Shown here piece by piece: positions 18,131 through 26,766 of a DNA stretch of 64,000 bases. The notes beneath the pieces are model-generated. The model was not told where the DNA came from, did no database searches, and was given only the letters and a program-made list of their open reading frames with translations. The stretch's first letter is position 1; each line of letters begins with the position of its first letter. Source of the DNA: Thermotogota bacterium (GTDB taxonomy: Bacteria; Thermotogota; Thermotogae; MWEM01); contig DAOPKN010000005.1 of NCBI GenBank assembly GCA_035391225.1, forward strand, positions 42,063 to 106,062. The letters run 5' to 3'. Both the position numbers and the translations under genes were made by a program.

Positions 18131-19381
18131 ATGGAATCTCCACCGAAGAAAGATGTGCAGTTCTACCGGTTTGCCGCCTACGGTTTCCTAAAGAATCTTC
18201 GCTTTTTCGAACCGTTCCTCGTGCTTTTCTTCCGCGACCAGGGTTTTTCCTTCTTGCAGATCGGCTTCTTCTTCTCCGTTCGTGAGGTGTCCACCAACCT
18301 TTTGGAAATTCCCACCGGGGTGGTGGCGGATCTTTTTGGAAGGCGCATCTCTATGGTACTTTCCATGGTGGGGTACCTGCTCTCTTTCGGCCTTTTCTTT
18401 TTCTTTCCCACTTTGGCCTGGATCTTCGTGGCCATGGTTTTCTTTGCCGTGGGGGAGGCCTTTCGCACGGGTACGCACAAGGCCATGATCTTGGAATACC
18501 TTCGGTTGAAAGGTTGGGGCAAGTGGAAAGCCAGCTACTACGGTTCGACCCGTGCGGCTTCCCAGCTGGGGTCCGCCGCGAACGCTCTCATCGCTGCGGG
18601 GCTCGTTTTCTTCTCGGGTTCCTACCGCATCGTTTTTGTTGCCTCCATGGTGCCCTACTTCTTGAACCTCCTCAACCTTGCTTCTTACCCTAAGGTCCTT
18701 GACGGCGAACGATCCCCAGGTAGCAGCCGGGCCACCTTGGGGCAATTCTTCCAGGTTTTCACCAATCCCCGGGCACTGCAAGGGCTATTGAACGGGGCCA
18801 CCTTCGATGCTTTTTTCGAGGTAGCGGGAAACTTTTTGCAGCCCATCTTGAAAAGCCTTGCACTCGCGTTGCCCGTTTTCCTTTTCTTGGAAGGGCAGCA
18901 GCGGGAAGCCATCGTGATCGGTGTCGCCTTCTTCGGGATTTACCTTGCAACCAGCCTGGCATCCGCACGAGCCGGGCACTTCCAGCAGAAGGTGGGATCC
19001 GCGGAAAAGGCACTCAACGCTACGTTCCTGTTGGGGGTTGCGTTGCTTACCTTTTCGGGTGTGTTCGTACTGTGGGGTTTTTCCATCGGGAGCGTGGCCG
19101 CTTTCTTTGGGTTGTACCTTTTGCACAACTTGCGCCGCCCTCTCACGGTTTCGTACGTAAGTGACCAGATCCACCATCGTACGATGGCAAGTGGACTCTC
19201 CGTGGAATCGAGCTTGAAAACTCTTCTGATGGCGATTTGTGCGCCCATTGCGGGTTGGGTGGCGGACCGTTTTGGAATCGGCTGGGCGCTGCTTTCCGGA
19301 GGCATCGTGCTGGGAGGCTTGTTTTTCGTGCTGCGCTTCACCAGGCCCTCATTCCCTCGAATCACAGGGGAAGAAGGGTAA
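18131..19381 (+). CDS. MFS transporter
   Basis: 12 TMs. Motif ADLFGRRISM. Confidence 0.75.
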   Translation: MESPPKKDVQFYRFAAYGFLKNLRFFEPFLVLFFRDQGFSFLQIGFFFSVREVSTNLLEIPTGVVADLFGRRISMVLSMVGYLLSFGLFFFFPTLAWIFVAMVFFAVGEAFRTGTHKAMILEYLRLKGWGKWKASYYGSTRAASQLGSAANALIAAGLVFFSGSYRIVFVASMVPYFLNLLNLASYPKVLDGERSPGSSRATLGQFFQVFTNPRALQGLLNGATFDAFFEVAGNFLQPILKSLALALPVFLFLEGQQREAIVIGVAFFGIYLATSLASARAGHFQQKVGSAEKALNATFLLGVALLTFSGVFVLWGFSIGSVAAFFGLYLLHNLRRPLTVSYVSDQIHHRTMASGLSVESSLKTLLMAICAPIAGWVADRFGIGWALLSGGIVLGGLFFVLRFTRPSFPRITGEEG

Positions 19382-19383
19382 CA

Positions 19384-20778
19384 ATGCCCACTTCTTCCCC
19401 GTGTAATGCCGTGGTGGTTCTTTCCTCTTTCTTTGACTTGGGATCCCTGGAAGCCTTCCTGCGAAACCTGCTTCTTCCACCCGCAACAACCCTTTTCGTG
19501 GCGCAACGCTTGGCACCCGATTTTCCCGGCTTACTGGAAAGGGTCATACAGCGGAGCAGCAAGTACCCCGTGCGTTTCCCTTTGCCAGGAGAGAAGGTTT
19601 TGGATGGGGTGGTCTACCCTTACCCCGTGGGGTCGCAAAATGGCGTGATGCTCAGCGGTGAATCCTTCCAGCGGCAGCTTCGTCCGGTCTTTTCCCTTTT
19701 CTTCCGTTCCTTGCTCGAGGCTGAAAGAAAGGTTGCACTGGTTGTCCTGGGTGGGTTGGGAAATGAGTTTCCGGGTATGGTCGATCTCCTTTCCTGGTGG
19801 GATGGGCCTTTGCTGGTGCAGGATCCTGCTTCCACGCCGTTTCGGGCTCTTCCCGTGCTGGTGCAGCAAAAGCGTTTCGTCCAGCGGATGCTTCCCCCGG
19901 ACCAACTGGGTAGCTCCTTGGAAGAGCTTTTCCCGGGGCACAACGGAACTGCTCCCCCCCCCTCTTCCGCTCGCGACGTGCACTTTGCTCCTGCCTTCCT
20001 TCCGCGCGTGTTTTCCGCCCTCCGGGAGCATACCGGAAGAAACCTGGATCGTTACCGGAAAAATACCATAGTGCGCAGAATCGAGCGGCGCATGATCCTG
20101 CTGGGGATTTCCCAGGCAGCAAGCTACGTGGAACTGCTGCAAGCCTCCGCGGAAGAAGCCAATTCGCTGTTGCACCACCTACAAATCCATGTGACCTCTT
20201 TTTTCCGTGATCCGGGGGCATTCGAGGCACTGGCACAGCAAGCCCTTCCGCTTTTGGGTCATGACTCTGGGAGCACGAAGCTGTGGGTCGCGGGTTGTTC
20301 CACTGGCCAAGAAGCGTTCAGCCTGGCAATGCTTTTCCAGGAGCGATGGGGGCCAGCCGCTTCGGAAAAAGTGCACATTGTTGCCAGCGATGTGGACCCT
20401 GCCTCGCTGCAGTTCGCACGGCAGGCCGTTTACGCAACGCAACAGTGCGAGGGAATTCCAACCCCTCTCTTGCAGCGATTCTTTCACAAGGTGGGAAACG
20501 GGTACCAACCCCGTAGCTTGTTGCGTGACATGGTGGAATTCAAAATGCACGATGTACTCGTGGATCCCCCCCTTCTCCACGTGGACCTGGTGAGTTGCCG
20601 CAACCTGTTGATCTACCTGGAACCCTCCCTCCAGCAGGAAGTACTCTCGCTTTTCCATTTCTCCCTTCGTCCTGGTGGCTTGCTGTTCCTCGGGAAGAGC
20701 GAATCAACGCGGAAAATGGCTACCTACTTCCATCCACTTGTTCCACGATGGAAAATTTTCCGCCGCAAAAAAAAGTAA
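19384..20778 (+). CDS. CheB-like (apparently degenerate) methylesterase domain fused to CheR-type MCP methyltransferase
   Basis: ATG at 19384 (3 nt after the MFS stop). C-terminal CheR motifs LWVAGCSTGQEAFSLAMLF and CRNLLIYL. N-terminal ~190 aa aligns in outline to CheB_methylest but lacks the GASTGG catalytic-Ser motif. ORF track start 19237 is an upstream extension. Confidence 0.7.
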   Translation: MPTSSPCNAVVVLSSFFDLGSLEAFLRNLLLPPATTLFVAQRLAPDFPGLLERVIQRSSKYPVRFPLPGEKVLDGVVYPYPVGSQNGVMLSGESFQRQLRPVFSLFFRSLLEAERKVALVVLGGLGNEFPGMVDLLSWWDGPLLVQDPASTPFRALPVLVQQKRFVQRMLPPDQLGSSLEELFPGHNGTAPPPSSARDVHFAPAFLPRVFSALREHTGRNLDRYRKNTIVRRIERRMILLGISQAASYVELLQASAEEANSLLHHLQIHVTSFFRDPGAFEALAQQALPLLGHDSGSTKLWVAGCSTGQEAFSLAMLFQERWGPAASEKVHIVASDVDPASLQFARQAVYATQQCEGIPTPLLQRFFHKVGNGYQPRSLLRDMVEFKMHDVLVDPPLLHVDLVSCRNLLIYLEPSLQQEVLSLFHFSLRPGGLLFLGKSESTRKMATYFHPLVPRWKIFRRKKK

Positions 20779-20793
20779 CCCCCGCAAGGGGGG
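20767..20793. terminator. Hairpin terminator (CCCCC-GCAA-GGGGG) between the convergent cheBR-like and amidohydrolase genes; strongest for the minus-strand operon
   Basis: A8 tract at 20767-20774 followed by the G/C hairpin at 20779-20793. On the minus strand this reads hairpin plus T8. Confidence 0.6.
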
Positions 20794-20823
20794 TTATCCG
20801 AGTTGCTTCGTTTGGTAGATCGT

Positions 20824-21975
20824 TTAGCGCGAAAGCCACCCGTCCACGTTGTTCCATACCACGCGGGACCTGGCGTCAAAGGGATGGCCATCCCAAAGGC
20901 ACATCATGGGGACCTTCCCTTCTTCCAATGTTCCGTAGCTTTCCTCCAGCTGCAGGATTTTCGCAGGGTTGATGGTGAGCGATTCGAGCATGGCCTTCTC
21001 CGAGGCACCGTATTGCACTCCCAGGCCAGCCTGGATGCGCAGCACCTCGGCGGGGAAAACCGGGTGATCGCTCATGCAGCCAAAAAGGATACCGGCTTTC
21101 TCTGCGGCACCGTAGGTGCGGTAGGTCATCTCGCGCAATTCCACCTTGGGGCGGCTTCCCATGTATGGTCCGAGAAAAACCGGGATCTCGTTCTGCTTGA
21201 GCTCGTCGGCCACCTTGATCAGCTCGGTTGCGTGTTCGATCACGATGTTGATGTCGAATTCCTTCTTGATACGAATGGCGGTCAGCATATCTTCCGCGCG
21301 GTGGCAGTGGATGCGTGCAGGGATTTCTTTTTCCAGTACGAGTTGGGCAACTTCCATCTTCAGGTCAGTTTCGCTGAACGGTTTGCCTTCCTTTTCGGCT
21401 TTTTCTTTCTTCTGCATGTAGTTCAACCCGTCAAAGAAGAACTTGCGCATCACCGCGGCTGTTCCCATGCGGGTCACCGGCATTTTCTTGTATTCCTGGT
21501 ACACGCGCTTGGGGTTTTCCCCGGTGGCCATCTTCAACCCGCAGTCCGCTCGGATCACCTTGTCTTCCAGCAAGTTGGAACGGGTGTACTTGGCGATGAA
21601 TCCCAGCCCCCCCACTGGGTTGGCACTCCCGGGAAGCACGCAGTACATCATCACGCCACCGCGGGCGGACTCCTCGATCCCCATGTCCGTCGGGACGAAG
21701 GCATCCATGCAGCGCACGTCGGCCGTGACGGGGTCAGAATACTCGTTCACGTCGTCGTACTCCCAGCCGTAGCCTTCGGGCATCAAGCCGATGTGGGAAT
21801 GCCCGTCGATGAAACCAGGCATCAGGAGCCCGCCCTTTCCATCCAACGTTTCCTCTGCAGTTCCCTGCACCTTGGGCCCCACTTCGAGGATGCTGCTTTC
21901 GTCGAAGAGAAGTTCGCCTTCGAAGGGTTCGGAAGAAATGGGAAAGATCTTGACGTTCGTAATGCGTTTCTTCAT
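20824..21975 (-). CDS. Amidohydrolase-superfamily metal-dependent hydrolase, paralog 3 of a tandem triplet
   Basis: N-terminal small beta domain then GFIDGHSHIG (HxH metal motif). Later CHRAED and EHATE motifs shared with the two upstream paralogs. Confidence 0.75.
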   Translation of the reverse strand: MKKRITNVKIFPISSEPFEGELLFDESSILEVGPKVQGTAEETLDGKGGLLMPGFIDGHSHIGLMPEGYGWEYDDVNEYSDPVTADVRCMDAFVPTDMGIEESARGGVMMYCVLPGSANPVGGLGFIAKYTRSNLLEDKVIRADCGLKMATGENPKRVYQEYKKMPVTRMGTAAVMRKFFFDGLNYMQKKEKAEKEGKPFSETDLKMEVAQLVLEKEIPARIHCHRAEDMLTAIRIKKEFDINIVIEHATELIKVADELKQNEIPVFLGPYMGSRPKVELREMTYRTYGAAEKAGILFGCMSDHPVFPAEVLRIQAGLGVQYGASEKAMLESLTINPAKILQLEESYGTLEEGKVPMMCLWDGHPFDARSRVVWNNVDGWLSR

Positions 21976-23129
21976 AGTACCAACTCCTGTTTTGAAGAAT
22001 CAAAGGCCACCTTGCCGTTGACCAGCGTGAACAGCAACCGGTGGGTGGGATCGAGCACGTCCCGGTCACACACCAGCAGGTCCCCGTCCTTTCCCTTTTC
22101 GATGCTTCCAATGCGGTCTGCTAATCCCAGGTTGCGCGCGGGATTGATCGTGATGGCCCGCAACGCCAGGTCTCCTGAAAGCCCGTGGTGCATGGCCAGC
22201 CCCGCTTGGATCGGAAGGTTAAGGATGGGAATCACGGGGTCGTCGGTGATCAGGCTGATATCGGAAATGCCCGCCTTTTCCAGGATCCCCGGAGTGCGAA
22301 GCGTGCGGTTGTTCACCTCGATCTTGTAGCGCGCGGTGAACATGGGTCCCACCGCGAGCTCCACGCCTTTTTCCGCCAACAGATCCGCGATGAGGTGGGA
22401 CTCGGTGGCATGCTCGAAGCTCAGCTGGAAACCAAACTCGTCGCGGATGCGCAAGATCGTGAGCATGTCATCCGCACGGTGGGCATGCACGTGTGCCTTG
22501 AACTCCCCATCCAAGACCTGCAATAGAGCCTCGTTCTTGGGATCGAATCCTTTCTCGTCTTTCTTCTTGCGGTAAGCGATCGCGTCAGAGAAAGCTTTTC
22601 GGATCACCGCCGCTGTTCCCATGCGGGTCATGATCTTCTTGGATTCCTGGTGGGTTTTCTTGGGATTTTCCCCCATGGCCATCTTCATGCCGGAGCGTTC
22701 CAGCAGCACGCGTTCTTGGTAGGGCACGTCCAAGTCGTTTTTGAGGGTGACGCCGAACCCCCCGATGGGATTCGCACTGCCAGGGAAGATGTTGAGGGTG
22801 GTGACCCCGGCGCTGATCGCGTAGCGGAAGCCTTCGTCGAAAGGCTTCACCCCGTCCATCGCGAGCAACTGCGGCGTGACGGGATCGGACCACTCGTTCA
22901 CGTCGTTGTCGCTTACCTGGTTGGTCTTCTCCCCGTGGATCCCGATGTGGCAATGCTCTTCCACCAATCCCGGGAACACGTGGAGACCAGAAGCCTCGAT
23001 CAATGTATCTGCCTTCACTTGGATGCCGGGTTCCACCCCGACGATTTTCCCGTCCTCCACGAGGATGTCACCCACGAAAGAAGGAGACGTCACCGGGTGG
23101 ATGGTTCCGTTTTTAATGAGCGTCTTCAT
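21972..23129 (-). CDS. Amidohydrolase-superfamily metal-dependent hydrolase, paralog 2 (start trimmed to MKTLIKNG)
   Basis: GLVEEHCHIG HxH motif. TRMGTAAVIRKAF and HVHAHRADDMLTILRIRDEFGFQLSFEHATE colinear with paralogs 1 and 3. RBS GGGAGGTG upstream of the trimmed start. 17-nt overlap with the upstream gene. Confidence 0.75.
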   Translation of the reverse strand: MKTLIKNGTIHPVTSPSFVGDILVEDGKIVGVEPGIQVKADTLIEASGLHVFPGLVEEHCHIGIHGEKTNQVSDNDVNEWSDPVTPQLLAMDGVKPFDEGFRYAISAGVTTLNIFPGSANPIGGFGVTLKNDLDVPYQERVLLERSGMKMAMGENPKKTHQESKKIMTRMGTAAVIRKAFSDAIAYRKKKDEKGFDPKNEALLQVLDGEFKAHVHAHRADDMLTILRIRDEFGFQLSFEHATESHLIADLLAEKGVELAVGPMFTARYKIEVNNRTLRTPGILEKAGISDISLITDDPVIPILNLPIQAGLAMHHGLSGDLALRAITINPARNLGLADRIGSIEKGKDGDLLVCDRDVLDPTHRLLFTLVNGKVAFDSSKQELVL

Positions 23130-24285
23130 CCCATTCACCTCCCACGACTTTCCCCTGGATGTAGGTGTTTTCCACCACGGATAACACGTCGAAAAAACCA
23201 GACGAAAGGACCATGAAGTCTGCGTCCAATCCAGCGGAGAGCGAACCCACACGATCCTCGATTCCCAGGATCTTGGCGGCATTTCGGGTGAGCAGGTCCA
23301 CGATTTGGGCTTCCGAGAGCTCCAACCTGGCCAGTATCCAGGGTTGCACGCGGATCAGGGACAGCGGGATCACGGGTGCGTCGGTCATTAGGGAAAGAAG
23401 CAATCCCTGGTCCTGCAAGATCTGCACGCTGTGGAACGTAAGGTCGTAGGTTTGGAACGAGCGTGCACACACGTTGAGTGGGCCAAGTATTGCCGGGACC
23501 CCAAGCGAACGGGCGAACTCCGGGTTCGTGTGGAGCGCCGTGGCGTGGTCGAGCACGTACTCGAAACCGAACTCGGAGGAAATGCGTGCGATGGTTTCGA
23601 TGTCTTCCATGTTGGCCACGTGGATGCGGGCCATCGCCTTGTGGTCCAGCAGCTCCTGGAGCAACCGCGTTTCCAGGTCATTTCCCCTTTCTTCTTCGGG
23701 TTTCTTGGCCTGGTTCTGGGCTTTCACCAGTTGTTCCCGAAGCAAGGCCCCCACGGCCATGCGCGTAAAAGGAGATTTCTTCTGCCCTTGCCAGAACCAG
23801 GATGGGTTCCGCCCGAATGCCATTTTCACCAGTTTCTTGGGTGTGGGAACGACCATCTTGTCCACGTTCTTCCCCGCGGTCTTGATCACAACGCCTTCGC
23901 CACCAATCACGTTGCTCGAGCCAGGTAACACGCAAACCGTGGTCACCCCGGCGTTTCTCGCACTGCGCAACCCCGCGTCCAGCGGGTTGATTGCGTCGAT
24001 GGCGCGCACAGATGGCGTGGCGGGAGAACTGTATTCGTTGGTATCGTTTCCCGCTTCCCATCCCGTCATTTCCTCGAAAATCCCCACGTGGGTGTGGGGG
24101 TCGATCATTCCCGGGTACACGTACTTGCCCTCCAGGTCAATTACCCGGGTGTCCCCTGAAGGTTGTAGATCCGTGCCAAAAGAAACGAAGCGCCCGTTTT
24201 CCACGCGAAAATCCAGTCGTTGCAGGCGGTCGTCCTTCCAAACTTGGCCACCTTTGAAAAGTTCCAAGTGTACCACCCCTTTCAA
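23113..24285 (-). CDS. Amidohydrolase-superfamily metal-dependent hydrolase, paralog 1
   Basis: GMIDPHTHVG HxH motif. Colinear with the other two (TRMAVGALLREQL, ARIHVANMEDIETIARISSEFGFEYVLDHATA). TTG/GTG start region. Confidence 0.7.
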   Translation of the reverse strand: MKGVVHLELFKGGQVWKDDRLQRLDFRVENGRFVSFGTDLQPSGDTRVIDLEGKYVYPGMIDPHTHVGIFEEMTGWEAGNDTNEYSSPATPSVRAIDAINPLDAGLRSARNAGVTTVCVLPGSSNVIGGEGVVIKTAGKNVDKMVVPTPKKLVKMAFGRNPSWFWQGQKKSPFTRMAVGALLREQLVKAQNQAKKPEEERGNDLETRLLQELLDHKAMARIHVANMEDIETIARISSEFGFEYVLDHATALHTNPEFARSLGVPAILGPLNVCARSFQTYDLTFHSVQILQDQGLLLSLMTDAPVIPLSLIRVQPWILARLELSEAQIVDLLTRNAAKILGIEDRVGSLSAGLDADFMVLSSGFFDVLSVVENTYIQGKVVGGEWDEDAH

Positions 24286-24376
24286 AATCCAATTCTATCA
24301 TAAAATACGCTTTCCGAAGAAAAAGTGCGCGCCAAATGTGTTACAATCCCTGTATCTGGACGAAGGGGGAAAGGGT

Positions 24377-25834
24377 ATGAAAAAAAACGAGAAGGTTTCC
24401 CTGGCAACCAAGCTTTTCTTCGGGGCCGGGGACATTTTTGGCGGGGGCGCTTTCAACATCGTGAACTTCTTCTACGCCATTTTTTTAACCGATGTTGTTA
24501 AGCTTAACATGGTGTACGTGGCACCGATCTTCTTGATCGGAAAGGTCTGGGATGCGGTGACTGACCCGTTCATGGGGCAGATTTCCGACCATACGCGCAC
24601 GCGTTGGGGACGTCGAAGACCCTACTTCCTTGCGGGTATCGGGTTGATCTTCCTCTCCTTTTTCCTGCTTTGGTTCCCGGTGGATTTCGCGGGGCAGGGT
24701 GGGCGATTCGCGTACGTTCTCGGGGCCTACCTTTTCTTCAATACCGTGGTCACCCTGGTGATGGTGCCCTACCAGGCCATGACCGCGGAAATTTCGCTGG
24801 ACTACCACGAACGCACGTCCATCAACTCCATCCGCCTCATCTTCTCGTTGGGGTCCTCCTTGGTGTGCGCGCTGTTCCCCATGATGATCGTGAACCGCTT
24901 TTCCCCGGACGTGCGCACCGGCTACATCGTGATGGCGCTGGTGTTCGGCGTGTTGTTTGCGCTTCCCTGGATCGGGGTTTTTGCCGTGAGCAAGGAGCGC
25001 AAGGAATTCCAGGGGGGCTCACGCGGTTTTTCGCTCAAGCAAATGATCGTGCAACCGTTGCAGATCAAGTGTTTCCGCCAGTTGCTCTGGATGTTCATGG
25101 CCGCGTACCTCTCCATGGACATCGTGTCGATGATTTTTGCCTACTACATGAAATACTACCTGGTGAAACCCAACCTTTTGCCGCTGGTGCTGGGCACGCT
25201 GCTGGCGGTGGAAATCCTGGCCATTCCGCTGTATGCAATGATCGCCAAGAGAACTTCGAAGACCCGCGCCTACATCATCGGCTCGCTGGTGTGGTCGGTG
25301 GGCGGGGTGATGGTTTTCTTCCTGCCGGCAACGGCTCCTTCCTGGACGATCTTCGCGATGGCGGCGCTGATCGGTGCAGGCGTGAGCGCCGCGGCTGTGA
25401 TGCCCCATACCATTTTTGGTGACGTCACCGACGTGGGAGAACTGGCCTTTGGCGAACGCCGCGAAGGCAACTTCAGCGGATTGATTACCTTTGCCCGCAA
25501 GCTGGCCTCCGGGGTTGCTATCGCGCTTGTGACAGCCATTCTGGGCTGGATGGGGTACCTCAACCCGGTGGAAACCGTGGAAAACGGTGTGCGCACCGTA
25601 ACCGAACAGGTGCAACCTTCCGGGGTACTGCTCGCCATTCGTATCGTATTGGCGTTCGTTCCCATTGCCCTGCTCGTGGTGGGGATTTGGGCCGCTTCCC
25701 GTTTCCCGCTGGATTCCAAGACACACGGCGAACTCATTGCTTTTTTGGGCAAGCAACGCCAAAAGGGCAAGGGGAAAAAGACCGATCCCTCCTCTGAGGC
25801 GGAGCGAGAAGCCTTGGTTCGAAAACTGGTGTAA
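24377..25834 (+). CDS. GPH-family (glycoside-pentoside-hexuronide:cation symporter, MFS_2) transporter; candidate sulfosugar/glycoside importer
   Basis: ATG at 24377 after GAAGGGGGAAAGGG. GPH-like N-terminus ...DPFMGQISDHTRTRWGRRRPY. 12 TMs. The 786-aa ORF-track frame is an upstream read-through. Confidence 0.75.
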   Translation: MKKNEKVSLATKLFFGAGDIFGGGAFNIVNFFYAIFLTDVVKLNMVYVAPIFLIGKVWDAVTDPFMGQISDHTRTRWGRRRPYFLAGIGLIFLSFFLLWFPVDFAGQGGRFAYVLGAYLFFNTVVTLVMVPYQAMTAEISLDYHERTSINSIRLIFSLGSSLVCALFPMMIVNRFSPDVRTGYIVMALVFGVLFALPWIGVFAVSKERKEFQGGSRGFSLKQMIVQPLQIKCFRQLLWMFMAAYLSMDIVSMIFAYYMKYYLVKPNLLPLVLGTLLAVEILAIPLYAMIAKRTSKTRAYIIGSLVWSVGGVMVFFLPATAPSWTIFAMAALIGAGVSAAAVMPHTIFGDVTDVGELAFGERREGNFSGLITFARKLASGVAIALVTAILGWMGYLNPVETVENGVRTVTEQVQPSGVLLAIRIVLAFVPIALLVVGIWAASRFPLDSKTHGELIAFLGKQRQKGKGKKTDPSSEAEREALVRKLV

Positions 25835-25839
25835 CGGGG

Positions 25840-26760
25840 ATGACACTTACCCTGGTAGTTTCGCTTACCGTTCTTTCGCTGGTGTGGAGCAGCTACTACA
25901 CCAGCGCGGGGATGGTTGCTGGCAGCATTTCTCCGTTTCTACTGGGGATCTTGATTCGCTTGGTTACCCTGGTGTTCTTTTCGATTGTCTTCGGGGTACA
26001 GCGCAAGCTCAAGCGGTTGCTTGCCGTGCGTGGAGTCCTGGGGGGGCTGATCCTGGTGGGGCTGCTGGGTTTCTCGCTGGACATCACGGCGTTCCTGGGG
26101 CTGCGCTTTTCCAGCGCCACCGACGGGTCCATCCTGCTAAAAATGGACTTGATCTTTGCCAACATCCTCACCAGCCTGATCTGGCGGAAACACCTGGGTT
26201 GGCAAAACTGGTCGTTCACCGGTGTTGCCCTGGTGGGGGTGTTCTGCGTGTTGGGCATCTCCCCCGCGAACCTGGAACCCGGGTCTTGGGGTAACCTGTT
26301 TTTCATCCTGAGCGCGTTTTTCATCGCACTCAACGCCTTCGTGATCCAGCGGTTGCAGCACCATCGCAGCAACCCGGTCCCGGATGGGGTGATTGCCTTT
26401 TACAACAATGCCGTGACGTTGCTTTTCTTTTCGGCAACTTGGGTGCTCTTCGACCGGGGAAGCGGGGGTCCCGTGAGCGGGTGGCAACCGGGTATCGTGG
26501 TTCCCGTGCTCGTGGCAGGGATTTGCCAGTCGCTGCTCTACCTGTTGTACTACTACAACCTGCGCCGACTGCCGGTCTGGGTGGTGAAGCTGTTTTTGCT
26601 GCAAATTCCCGTTTTCACAGCCCTCTTCGAGTGGGGACTGAGCGGGAGTGCCCCGACACGCCTGCAGTGGTTGGGTATGGGCTTAATTCTTTCCAGCTCA
26701 GCGGGCATTCTGCTGTCGGGGAAGAAGAAAGGATTCGTGGGAAACGTTTCCGGGAGGTGA
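25840..26760 (+). CDS. EamA/DMT-superfamily transporter (10 TM drug/metabolite exporter)
   Basis: Two EamA-like 5-TM repeats. 306 aa. Sits between the importer and the Fe-ADH. Confidence 0.65.
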   Translation: MTLTLVVSLTVLSLVWSSYYTSAGMVAGSISPFLLGILIRLVTLVFFSIVFGVQRKLKRLLAVRGVLGGLILVGLLGFSLDITAFLGLRFSSATDGSILLKMDLIFANILTSLIWRKHLGWQNWSFTGVALVGVFCVLGISPANLEPGSWGNLFFILSAFFIALNAFVIQRLQHHRSNPVPDGVIAFYNNAVTLLFFSATWVLFDRGSGGPVSGWQPGIVVPVLVAGICQSLLYLLYYYNLRRLPVWVVKLFLLQIPVFTALFEWGLSGSAPTRLQWLGMGLILSSSAGILLSGKKKGFVGNVSGR

Positions 26761-26766
26761 TTTGTT

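Noticed and set aside
20803-22329. 508-aa plus-strand ORF antisense to two amidohydrolase genes
   Set aside because: Histidine-rich junk-like composition with no recognisable domain. The minus-strand genes have strong family motifs and RBSs.
23474-25834. 786-aa ORF (GPH transporter with a 300-aa N-terminal extension running antisense through the amidohydrolase gene)
   Set aside because: The extension is hydrophilic junk opposite a real gene. ATG at 24377 has an RBS and begins the conserved GPH N-terminus.
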